From UHGV virus genome UHGV-1680239: a stretch of 53,635 bases of DNA. One strand, 5' to 3'. The position numbers were made by a program, and so were the translations under genes. The DNA comes from a virus. Shown piece by piece: positions 1 through 7,628 of this stretch. The stretch's first letter is position 1. Every line of letters starts with the position of its first letter. A model generated the notes under the pieces. The model saw only the letters and a program-made list of their open reading frames with translations, was not told where the DNA came from and ran no database searches.

Positions 1-1
1 A

Positions 2-214
2 GCCGTAGGGTCTATGATGAAATATCCAGACGGCGGGAGTGGATTAGATGGAGAAGAAGGTGAACGGTATTACACTGTAGATTATTCTGGTGTTACTGGC
101 TTGCTTGTTCAGGTAGCCAGAGAGTCAGACGACAGGATAACAGCACTGGAAGAAGAAAACGCAGAATTAAGACAAAGATTATCTGCAATTGAGGCGGCGC
201 TTGCGTCTAAATAA
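2..214 (+). CDS. 3' end of a gene that begins upstream of the window; C-terminal coiled-coil segment, function unassigned (possibly virion or tail-fibre related)
   Basis: Reading frame is open from the window edge to the stop at 212-214; heptad-like ALEEENAELRQRLSAIEAAL tail; followed by a terminator. Confidence 0.3.
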   Translation, partial: AVGSMMKYPDGGSGLDGEEGERYYTVDYSGVTGLLVQVARESDDRITALEEENAELRQRLSAIEAALASK

Positions 215-220
215 TATTAA

Positions 221-240
221 GGGGCCGAGCGCCCCGTTTT
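221..240 (+). terminator. rho-independent terminator
   Basis: GC hairpin GGGGCCGAGCGCCCC followed by a T-run immediately after the stop at 214. Confidence 0.6.
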
Positions 241-250
241 ATTGGGTGGG

Positions 251-541
251 ATGAAAATGGATATAACACCTTTCCTTCATGCACTTTGTGCTGTGGCTGC
301 GCAGGTACTGGTTGGTCTTTTTACCGGAAACTGGGCTTACGGGGCGATAGCCGGTTGTACATTCTTCATTGCGCGGGAACACACCCAGGCAGAATATCGC
401 TGGATTGAAATGTTCGGGCATGGCAAGCGTATGAATATGCCGTGGTGGGGCGGTTTTGATCTACGCGCGTGGGATGTAGCAAGCCTGATGGATTTTGCGA
501 TTCCACTTTTAGCGTGCACATTATTATATATTTTTATTTAA
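251..541 (+). CDS. small multi-pass membrane protein (holin-like candidate)
   Basis: Three hydrophobic segments in about 95 aa; sits at the head of the lysis cassette; start is ATG 251 or 257 (the track's TTG at 242 overlaps the terminator). Confidence 0.3.
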   Translation: MKMDITPFLHALCAVAAQVLVGLFTGNWAYGAIAGCTFFIAREHTQAEYRWIEMFGHGKRMNMPWWGGFDLRAWDVASLMDFAIPLLACTLLYIFI

Positions 542-722
542 TATAAGATTAACTGAGATATAGCTTACGCAAAGAAGGCAATAAATATAAAGAGAGATGT
601 TCTGAGGTAATTTATTGTTGGTGTTTAAGTTTATTTACAGATAGGTAAGTGCATACCTATATAAAAAAGATAAAATGTGATATAAATCCGCCATCCCGAT
701 TTGACTTTTCATGGAGGAAAAT

Positions 723-1046
723 ATGTCGAACGAGATGGCGGGCGTAACAACAGAGCAAGTTGAGCGCATTGCCGCGATCGTTGCTCGGGAGGTTGTCGGC
801 AAATTAGGTAAAGAGCTACGTGAAGAAATTGGCCAGGAGGTTAACGATCAGCTGAAAACCTACTTTGGTGATATGACCCCGGCGCAACATAGTATTCAAC
901 ACTCCAATCTGGACAAACTCCTTAACCGGTTGGACTCCATCTCAAGTGGGTTCTTTGGCGGCATTGTTTCTAAAATAACGTCGTTCATTATTACTGCACT
1001 GCTTTTGGGGTTAGCCGCGTATGGCGTAAAAAGTGGACTGCAATAA
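723..1046 (+). CDS. small protein with a C-terminal transmembrane anchor (lysis-cassette member; holin/antiholin candidate)
   Basis: GGAGG at 714-718 favours the ATG at 723 over the track start at 711; acidic N-terminus and one C-terminal TM helix. Confidence 0.3.
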   Translation: MSNEMAGVTTEQVERIAAIVAREVVGKLGKELREEIGQEVNDQLKTYFGDMTPAQHSIQHSNLDKLLNRLDSISSGFFGGIVSKITSFIITALLLGLAAYGVKSGLQ

Positions 1047-1059
1047 CAGGAGATCAAGG

Positions 1060-1752
1060 ATGAAGACTCCGAGAGGCATTCGTAATAATAACCCCGGTAA
1101 TCTTGATAAAGGATCACCGTGGCAAGGTCTGGTTGCGAATCCAGACGAACCGCGCTTTTGCACGTTTAAAGACCCTGTTTGGGGGATTCGCGCGCTGGCG
1201 GTGACTCTAATTACCTACCACGATAAACGTCGCGCAAAAGACGGCACAAGTATCGATACCATTCGTGAAGTTATTGAACGCTGGGCACCGCCGAATGAAA
1301 ACAATACTGACGCCTACATTAATGAGGTGTCTAAAGCCGTTGGTGTAACCGCAGACATGATCATCGATCTGCATGATTACGACATCCTTCGACCTTTGGT
1401 TGAGGCAATCATTCGCCACGAGAATGGCCGAGGCCCGCTAAAAACGCTGAACACCTGGTATGCAGCAGAAGTTATTGAGGAAGGTCTGCGTCGAGCTGGC
1501 GTTGTTAAGCCGGTGAAAACCGTGAAGGCTGTTCCTGTAACTAAAGAAACCGCAGGCGCAACTGTTACAGCAGGTATTGGTCTGGCGCAGCTGGCCGATG
1601 TTATGCCGCAGGTTTCCGCTGCTATGGATAAAGCACAAGGTCATATCTCTAGCGGGGATACAGTACGCATCATCTTCGGTATTGCCACTATTGTTGTGGC
1701 AGGATTCATTGCCTGGTCGCAGGTAAGAAAACACCAGAAAGGGATGGTCTAA
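1060..1752 (+). CDS. lysis-module protein, putative muralytic (endolysin-like) enzyme with C-terminal TM helix; family unassigned
   Basis: Position between membrane proteins and spanins; N-terminal RNNNPGNL motif that I associate with phage cell-wall-acting proteins but cannot place in a family; AGGAG RBS 7 nt before ATG 1060. Confidence 0.35.
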   Translation: MKTPRGIRNNNPGNLDKGSPWQGLVANPDEPRFCTFKDPVWGIRALAVTLITYHDKRRAKDGTSIDTIREVIERWAPPNENNTDAYINEVSKAVGVTADMIIDLHDYDILRPLVEAIIRHENGRGPLKTLNTWYAAEVIEEGLRRAGVVKPVKTVKAVPVTKETAGATVTAGIGLAQLADVMPQVSAAMDKAQGHISSGDTVRIIFGIATIVVAGFIAWSQVRKHQKGMV

Positions 1753-1753
1753 T

Positions 1754-2005
1754 ATGCTAGGCAGCCTGATGACAAAGCTAAAAGTTGCTTTGATTACGCT
1801 GGCTGCCGTTCTTTTCGTTCTGGTCGGCGCTTACACGATGGGCGGAAATGCGGCGCGACGAGCAATGGAAGAGAAGGCAAAACAGGAAGACAGGAAACGA
1901 CTTCAAAACACAGTGAAAGTGGTGAATGAGACGAGCAGTAAAATACGTCAGAAAGATGCTTCTGCCGTTCATCGTGAGTTGTATGATAAGTGGGTGCGTC
2001 ATTAA
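1754..2005 (+). CDS. i-spanin (Rz-like)
   Basis: N-terminal TM helix then charged coiled-coil periplasmic domain; immediately upstream of and overlapping a lipoprotein ORF. Confidence 0.55.
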   Translation: MLGSLMTKLKVALITLAAVLFVLVGAYTMGGNAARRAMEEKAKQEDRKRLQNTVKVVNETSSKIRQKDASAVHRELYDKWVRH

Positions 2006-2141
2006 ACCACAAACCACCAGCGTGTTGTTCTGCGATGGGGCTGAGCCTATCTATATCAGCAATAATGATGTAATGACTGAAGAAACCGAACGCCAAATCC
2101 TTTTTCACAATACGATGGGAGAGAGGGTTTGTGGTTGGTGA
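1956..2141 (+). CDS. o-spanin (Rz1-like outer-membrane lipoprotein), overlapping the i-spanin gene in another frame
   Basis: Internal start MLLPFIVSCMISGC gives a signal peptide with lipobox ISG-C; short mature part with a C-terminal Cys; overlapped Rz/Rz1 architecture. Confidence 0.5.
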   Translation: MLLPFIVSCMISGCVIKPQTTSVLFCDGAEPIYISNNDVMTEETERQILFHNTMGERVCGW

Positions 2142-2148
2142 TGTCGAA

Positions 2149-2170
2149 GTTCCCCTCAAATGAGGGGAAC
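2149..2170. terminator. hairpin between convergent genes (candidate bidirectional terminator)
   Basis: GTTCCCCTCAAATGAGGGGAAC palindrome between the Rz1 stop (2141) and the GNAT gene stop (2174). Confidence 0.35.
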
Positions 2171-2173
2171 ACA

Positions 2174-2695
2174 TTATTCTTCGAACAATTTTTCGATAGA
2201 TTTTGTAGGATAGAACAAAGAACGCTCGTTGTTACCAACCAGCTGGATAAAGCCTAAACTTTTATAAAACGCCTTGGCTTTGTCATTTAACGCCTCAACG
2301 AAAAGTCCATGAATGCCTACAGCAAGAGATGCATTGTACACAACGCGCATTGCATGTGTTACAAGCATTGAGCCAAATCCTTGACCTTGAAGAGACTTGT
2401 CCAAAGCCAGCCTACCCAAAGTAACACTTGGAACATTCCGATAAGGAACCTTCTTTTGTTTGCTTCTTGAAGGTAAGGACTCCTTTTCAAAACAACTACC
2501 TGACAAAGTGTAATACCCTAACACTTTTGGCCTTTCTTCTTGAGTGCAAAGCACATAAGCACGAAGAATTTTTCCCTCATGCTGCCTTTTTAAGTGGTTG
2601 ACTAAAAAGGCGTTTAGTGACTCTTCGCCGCAATCAAAACCGTTTAGATCATAATCTTTCTCTCCAGAGAAAATCTCTATCGTCGTATTGCTCAC
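2174..2695 (-). CDS. GNAT-family acetyltransferase toxin (TacT/AtaT/KacT-like)
   Basis: 173 aa; acetyl-CoA-binding motif LQGQGFGSML; lies 7 nt downstream of a DUF1778-type antitoxin gene; GTG start. Confidence 0.8.
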   Translation of the reverse strand: MSNTTIEIFSGEKDYDLNGFDCGEESLNAFLVNHLKRQHEGKILRAYVLCTQEERPKVLGYYTLSGSCFEKESLPSRSKQKKVPYRNVPSVTLGRLALDKSLQGQGFGSMLVTHAMRVVYNASLAVGIHGLFVEALNDKAKAFYKSLGFIQLVGNNERSLFYPTKSIEKLFEE

Positions 2696-2702
2696 GAGTA
2701 AA

Positions 2703-2972
2703 CTACTCCATGCTTTTCAGACGATTAGCAGCTCGTTTCAGCTTATCGTTCGGTGCCGGAGGATTGCTTATAGCATCCATAACCAGATTCCAGGACTCTT
2801 CACTCAGAACCAGTCTTCGATGTTGTTCTATAACCTTTACGGCACGTTCAGATGCACTGCTAACCATAAACTGGGTTATGCTCTGGTTAGACATTGCGGC
2901 AGCTTCCTCGATGATGCTTTTATCGTCATCGGTTAATCTCAAATCGATGCGCTGCTTTTTCAGTGCGGACAT
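2703..2972 (-). CDS. DUF1778-type ribbon-helix-helix antitoxin (TacA-like)
   Basis: MSALKKQRIDLRLTDDDKSIIEEAAA... is typical of this antitoxin family; AGGGGGT RBS before the internal ATG (track ORF extends to 3044). Confidence 0.75.
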   Translation of the reverse strand: MSALKKQRIDLRLTDDDKSIIEEAAAMSNQSITQFMVSSASERAVKVIEQHRRLVLSEESWNLVMDAISNPPAPNDKLKRAANRLKSME

Positions 2973-3291
2973 TTGTACCCCCTGATGGCCTTTGATGTAG
3001 GAAGACCATCGCTCTCCTCTATTCAAACTGAGTTTTCGACTCAAAGATTACTTTAAAGGGCTATAGCCCATTATGTATGCGTCAACAAATTATGTACGGC
3101 ATAACACCGTACTTGTAATATAGAGGTCATTGTTACTTTTTTCAACAGACAAATACAAGCTATGATTGCCAATTGTTAATCACAACCTACCATTTAACCT
3201 TTACACCGCAGCCGTAGGCATTTAGGCTATATCACATATAAGAAAACAAGTTGTTTCAGACGATAATTATATACGCAAAGGGAACTCTCCA

Positions 3292-3960
3292 ATGACCAAG
3301 ATCTTTGTGGTTGGCGGCACAAAGGGCGGGCCTGGCAAATCCACCGTTGCCCAGCAAATTGCCGTTTGCCTGAAAGTCAAAAAGAAGAAGAAGGTTTATA
3401 TTACCGATATAGATATTCAGCGCACGACAACGAGCTGGTGTGAAGACCGTCGACAGAACGAAGACCTTGAGCTGATTCCTTTTGCATACGTTCAGGATGA
3501 CATCATTAAGCACCTAAAATCGCTTCAGGGTAGAGCTGAGTTTGTAGTGGTAGATGCTGGTGGCTTCGACTCCGAAATTCAGCGACAAGCGATGCTGATG
3601 GCTGACGTTATCATTATCCCGCTGCGTCCTAAGCGTCGTGATTTGAAATCTCTGCGTGACATCGATCCTATTATCGACAATGTTCGTAATGTAAACGATA
3701 AAGTGAAGGTCCGCGCGGTCATGAACCAGTGCCCGGCTTTGCCATCACAAGTGTCTCGCATTCTGGCGGCTAAAGAGATTGTTGAGACGTTTGGAATCGA
3801 GTCTGCGCCAGTCAATCTATATAACCGCAACGTCTATGATGATGCGGAAGAGTCTGGTCGTTCTATCTTTGAAATGACCGGTAGCGAGCGCGACAAAAAG
3901 GCGGAAGCCGAGTTTGAAGAATTTGTAGATTATCTGTTGAGTCTGGAGGAAGAAGAATAA
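3292..3960 (+). CDS. parA: ParA/Soj-family partition ATPase
   Basis: Deviant Walker A GGTKGGPGKST; 222 aa; followed by a small RHH-protein gene with overlapping stop/start. Confidence 0.85.
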   Translation: MTKIFVVGGTKGGPGKSTVAQQIAVCLKVKKKKKVYITDIDIQRTTTSWCEDRRQNEDLELIPFAYVQDDIIKHLKSLQGRAEFVVVDAGGFDSEIQRQAMLMADVIIIPLRPKRRDLKSLRDIDPIIDNVRNVNDKVKVRAVMNQCPALPSQVSRILAAKEIVETFGIESAPVNLYNRNVYDDAEESGRSIFEMTGSERDKKAEAEFEEFVDYLLSLEEEE

Positions 3961-4319
3961 TGTCCATGAAAATGGGTGACCTAGCAAAGCGCAAAGAGCC
4001 TGATGCACCGGCTAAGAACACAACTCCTTTGCGCCAACCAGTCAGACCACAGGGACGCCCGACTCGTGGCAAAGAGAAAATTAAAAGCCGCACAATGTCA
4101 CTGGAGGACGAATACTTCGAACTGCTGGAGATGATGAAGTTCATCCCTCGCTTCGAGAAGTTCACTCGTTCTGACGTGATTCGAGCAGCCATTTTCCATC
4201 TGGCAGAGAAGTCACCGCAGGAAATCGAGGACATCGTGAAATTGAATGAGGCGATCACCGCTGCCGATGTCACGATGCGTACCGATGAAATCAAACGAGA
4301 GTTGATGAAGAAAGGTTAA
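3960..4319 (+). CDS. small ribbon-helix-helix protein, probable centromere-binding partition partner (ParG-like)
   Basis: 119 aa, basic disordered N-terminus, RHH-like SLEDEYFELLEMMKFIPRF; translationally coupled to parA. Confidence 0.5.
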   Translation: MSMKMGDLAKRKEPDAPAKNTTPLRQPVRPQGRPTRGKEKIKSRTMSLEDEYFELLEMMKFIPRFEKFTRSDVIRAAIFHLAEKSPQEIEDIVKLNEAITAADVTMRTDEIKRELMKKG

Positions 4320-4322
4320 AAA

Positions 4323-4357
4323 TCATGCATTGGCGCGTACATTGCGCCAATGCATGA
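4323..4357. terminator. palindromic hairpin between convergent genes
   Basis: 13-bp perfect arms TCATGCATTGGCG / CGCCAATGCATGA; on the minus strand it is followed by a T-run, so it likely terminates the 4372..5139 gene. Confidence 0.4.
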
Positions 4358-4371
4358 CTACAGTGTCAGCT

Positions 4372-5139
4372 TTATGCCGCGCTAACACTATGTTCAGTCC
4401 TAACCACCCCAACCTTCACAAAAGGGCTACCGTAGCTTGGTGGCTTCTTGATTAATTTGCCTACATACAGTTTTCTAATATGCTCATCGGCTATTCTGCC
4501 AACAAATTCATAACGTTTTGTGTCGGGGCCAAGAGCTATATCCCTTGTAAAGTACTGCTGAGAACCGGCTTTGACCCAGCATTCAATCTGATAAACTTCC
4601 ATTATCAGCCCACCATATGTAGCGTAGGCATATTTGAGATTCTCGTCTCTTGGAACCTTTGCCCATACGCCACGCGTAGCTTCATATAATGCCAGAGCGG
4701 ACATTCCTGACTTGTAGGTGCTGTTTAGCAGGAAGGCAAGACCGGCGTGCTCAGGAGCAATTTCAGTTTCCTCTTGCAGCACTAAGTGATGGTAGGCGTC
4801 CAGTGATATTCTGCCCATCATGGAACCACTTCCTCGAACCTTATTCGTAAGCTCTCCGACCCCCATAAGGTCGATGCATGTCGCCTCAACAAGTTTGGCT
4901 GTGGTTTCATCCATACCATGACGAAGAATATCTATGCCTAATTTTTTATTAGCCAAAAGTTCTTTGATCCGCATGGATTTGGGAGAGTCATCGGGATACT
5001 TGATGTGATCGAGACAACGAGTCGATTTGCCTTTTCCTATGTAAAACGGTCTTTTCATCTTGTCTTCTGTATCATAGAGACAGTAAACATAGTATTTAGC
5101 CTTATCCAATGATCTCGCGTATACCGATAAATCGTCCAT
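4372..5139 (-). CDS. GIY-YIG nuclease-domain protein with uncharacterised C-terminal domain
   Basis: N-terminal YYVYCLYD...RPFYIGKGKSTR matches the GIY-(10-11)-YIG motif with the downstream Arg; about 150 aa of unassigned C-terminus. Confidence 0.55.
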   Translation of the reverse strand: MDDLSVYARSLDKAKYYVYCLYDTEDKMKRPFYIGKGKSTRCLDHIKYPDDSPKSMRIKELLANKKLGIDILRHGMDETTAKLVEATCIDLMGVGELTNKVRGSGSMMGRISLDAYHHLVLQEETEIAPEHAGLAFLLNSTYKSGMSALALYEATRGVWAKVPRDENLKYAYATYGGLIMEVYQIECWVKAGSQQYFTRDIALGPDTKRYEFVGRIADEHIRKLYVGKLIKKPPSYGSPFVKVGVVRTEHSVSAA

Positions 5140-5250
5140 TATTGCATCTCTTAGCTACTGACTAATGCGTTCTATTTTACACATAAGTTTTTAATCAATT
5201 TAACAGGCTCAAAGTGTAGAGCTTCTGGGCGTCTAAGACGACAAGTTATG

Positions 5251-5305
5251 CCTGCTTCTGTATATATAAATAATAAGTAACTTATTAAATATATACGGAA
5301 GCAGG
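5251..5305. repeat. 55-bp near-perfect palindrome with AT-rich centre (copy 1 of 2)
   Basis: CCTGCTTCTGTATATAT...ATATACGGAAGCAGG; the same element, with shared left flank, recurs at 51889-51947. Confidence 0.7.
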
Positions 5306-5413
5306 TCTTTTAAAAAGACACCACCAGAACAACTCCCTTCCGTTTCCACTTCCAAAAACTGCCACCAGTCGCTATCATCCGCTCATTGTGATAAGTAAGT
5401 AACTACCTACCAG

Positions 5414-6163
5414 GTGAGCCACATGAGCCAAATCTTTTTCGATACCATCGACAACGACCAGTACGACTTCATGACAGAGTGGAATACCGCTGTTATGGAC
5501 AAGTGGGTCGCTGAAAACATTGGTTTGTCGCGCTGTAAAGACGAGGCTGAACTCTTCGAGACGAAGTGGTTTGATTACCGCGACATGCATCCTCTCATGG
5601 CCACCTGTCTTTTTACGGAGGCATACAAACGTCAGTACTCAAATATCATGCTGACGCACGGTCGCGAACACTTTGAAACAGCTCCGTTCACCACCGGGTT
5701 AAAACGCCTGCCTTATCAGGAGTTGTCGACTGCCAATAAAACGTCGCTATGGAAAGCACGCCAGTTTGCGGATCGCTATTGCTGCTCATACGACTACTTT
5801 ATCTCCACCGTTCTTTCCGCAGCTGCACGACGGCTGTGGGACAAGCTGCCGCGCCCACAGCATTTGTGGCAGCCAGAACTGATTGAGATATTTGAAGAGA
5901 AATTAGCCAGACGCGCAACAACCCGTCTGGATGACTCTCTTGTTAGCTTTAAGCATATGGGAGACATGCAGTTCAACCCGATTCAGGAAAGCTATTTTGA
6001 GTGGATTCTAGAGCGTTTACGCACCATCCCCCGCAGCAAGCGCATACGCGCAATTTTCTCCGCTATCTGGCTAATGGAAATCGTTCCAGAGCGCCTTATT
6101 TCCGCCCACTTTCCAGAAGAACTGGAAGAAGCACGGCGGTTTATTGATCCCCTATCTAATTAA
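5414..6163 (+). CDS. hypothetical protein
   Basis: 249-aa ORF with no motif I recognise; GTG at 5414 or ATG at 5423. Confidence 0.5.
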   Translation: MSHMSQIFFDTIDNDQYDFMTEWNTAVMDKWVAENIGLSRCKDEAELFETKWFDYRDMHPLMATCLFTEAYKRQYSNIMLTHGREHFETAPFTTGLKRLPYQELSTANKTSLWKARQFADRYCCSYDYFISTVLSAAARRLWDKLPRPQHLWQPELIEIFEEKLARRATTRLDDSLVSFKHMGDMQFNPIQESYFEWILERLRTIPRSKRIRAIFSAIWLMEIVPERLISAHFPEELEEARRFIDPLSN

Positions 6164-6206
6164 CTAATACTAGAAAACAATTTGTTTAAAAAACAAAGGA
6201 AAGCAC

Positions 6207-7547
6207 ATGACCGAACTTTGCCATACAGGACGCGGGCTGTCCGAAGAGTTTGATGAAGATTTTCAGAACAGATTGACGGCCTATTTTTGTCGTGATCACG
6301 AGTTTCTTACTCGTGCTGGAGATCTGGTTGTACCTAACCAATTTGCCAATGCGGCCAATGCCATATTGGTTAATATGGTTTCGGGCTATTACCGTATGTA
6401 CAAGAGCGCGCCCTCTTCATCTGCGATTCTGGATATGCTTAAGCGTGCGAAACGCGATAAGACTATCCGTGAGGAACTATTCGCCGATGTTGTTGCTGCG
6501 TTTAAGCGCATCCTTGCAGAAAAATTGTCTGATACCTCGTACATGGTTGACCAGGTATCAACCTTCGCAAAAAGCGTAGCGTTTGATGATGCTCTGATTA
6601 AGGCTGCTGAACTGAAAGAGAAGGGCGACTTTCAGGGGGCGATGGCAATCATGGCCAAGGTTCAGCAGATTGGATCGAACGAAGCGACCGGAATCTATGA
6701 CTACTACACCTCCGCAAGTGAGCGATTGAAAGCGCGTGAATATGAGGCTTCAGAGGAGTATGTGCCAAACAGCATTACAACTGGACTCCCTCTGCTCGAT
6801 AGGTTGCTGTACCAAAAAGGCTGGGCGAAGCGTGAAATGGTGCTCTTCATGGGGTTCGCTAAATCCGGTAAATCGACCGCAATGGGTGAGTTTTCCATAA
6901 ACGCAACGCTTGCTGGCTACAATGTTCTGTATCTCTCGCTGGAGGTTCACACCACCATTTTATCCGACCGTTTTGATGCAAGATTGTCGGAGACAGAAAT
7001 GTCCAAGCTGGTGGAACGGCGCGATGAGGTTCATCGTAAGTTGGCAGAGTTGGGAGCCACGAAGGGGATTGGTAGTTTGTGGGTTGTTGAGCGTCCGTCA
7101 GGAAGTATGTCACCGGCAGATCTGGATCGTATGCTTAACAGCATGAAAGCCAATGGCATGGTGCCTGACATGGTTGTTGTCGACTATGCAGATTTGATGC
7201 GTGCCAGTTATGACCTTCGTGATGATCGCGCCAACATACGTAGTATCTATACCGACTTACGTGCTCTTTATGACAAACACAACGTTGCTGGTATCACGGC
7301 ATCGCAGACAAACCGTGAAGGTGGCGCGTCAGAAGTTGCCACAATGATGCACGCTGCCGACAACATCGAAAAAGTACGTATTGCTGACCTGGTAATAACG
7401 ATCAACAAAACCGAAGAAGAAGAAGCGAAAGGAGAGGCTCGTCTCTACTTTGCTGGTTCACGTAACCAGCAGGGAGGGATCAGCATTCGCGTTAAACAAA
7501 ACCTCGAACAAATGCGCTTCATTGAGCGAATCTTAGACGTTACCTAA
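6207..7547 (+). CDS. DnaB-like replicative DNA helicase (RecA-fold)
   Basis: Walker A GFAKSGKST in the C-terminal half, Walker B-like MVVVDYADLM; immediately upstream of the primase gene. Confidence 0.7.
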   Translation: MTELCHTGRGLSEEFDEDFQNRLTAYFCRDHEFLTRAGDLVVPNQFANAANAILVNMVSGYYRMYKSAPSSSAILDMLKRAKRDKTIREELFADVVAAFKRILAEKLSDTSYMVDQVSTFAKSVAFDDALIKAAELKEKGDFQGAMAIMAKVQQIGSNEATGIYDYYTSASERLKAREYEASEEYVPNSITTGLPLLDRLLYQKGWAKREMVLFMGFAKSGKSTAMGEFSINATLAGYNVLYLSLEVHTTILSDRFDARLSETEMSKLVERRDEVHRKLAELGATKGIGSLWVVERPSGSMSPADLDRMLNSMKANGMVPDMVVVDYADLMRASYDLRDDRANIRSIYTDLRALYDKHNVAGITASQTNREGGASEVATMMHAADNIEKVRIADLVITINKTEEEEAKGEARLYFAGSRNQQGGISIRVKQNLEQMRFIERILDVT

Positions 7548-7552
7548 AAAAT

Positions 7553-7577
7553 AAGCGTGGAGAACGCCTCCACGCTT
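7553..7577 (+). terminator. hairpin after the helicase gene (terminator or attenuator)
   Basis: 10-bp perfect stem AAGCGTGGAG/CTCCACGCTT with 5-nt loop, then a weak T-run. Confidence 0.4.
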
Positions 7578-7628
7578 GATTCATTGGTGAAACAACTTTT
7601 CTTTTGCCAAACCACAAAAGAAAAACAC

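Noticed and set aside
2617-3044. Plus-strand ORFs 2617..2985 and 2688..2936, and the 113-aa extended form of the antitoxin ORF
   Set aside because: Antisense to the toxin-antitoxin pair; the antitoxin most plausibly starts at the internal ATG with a strong RBS, giving the usual 89-aa DUF1778 size.
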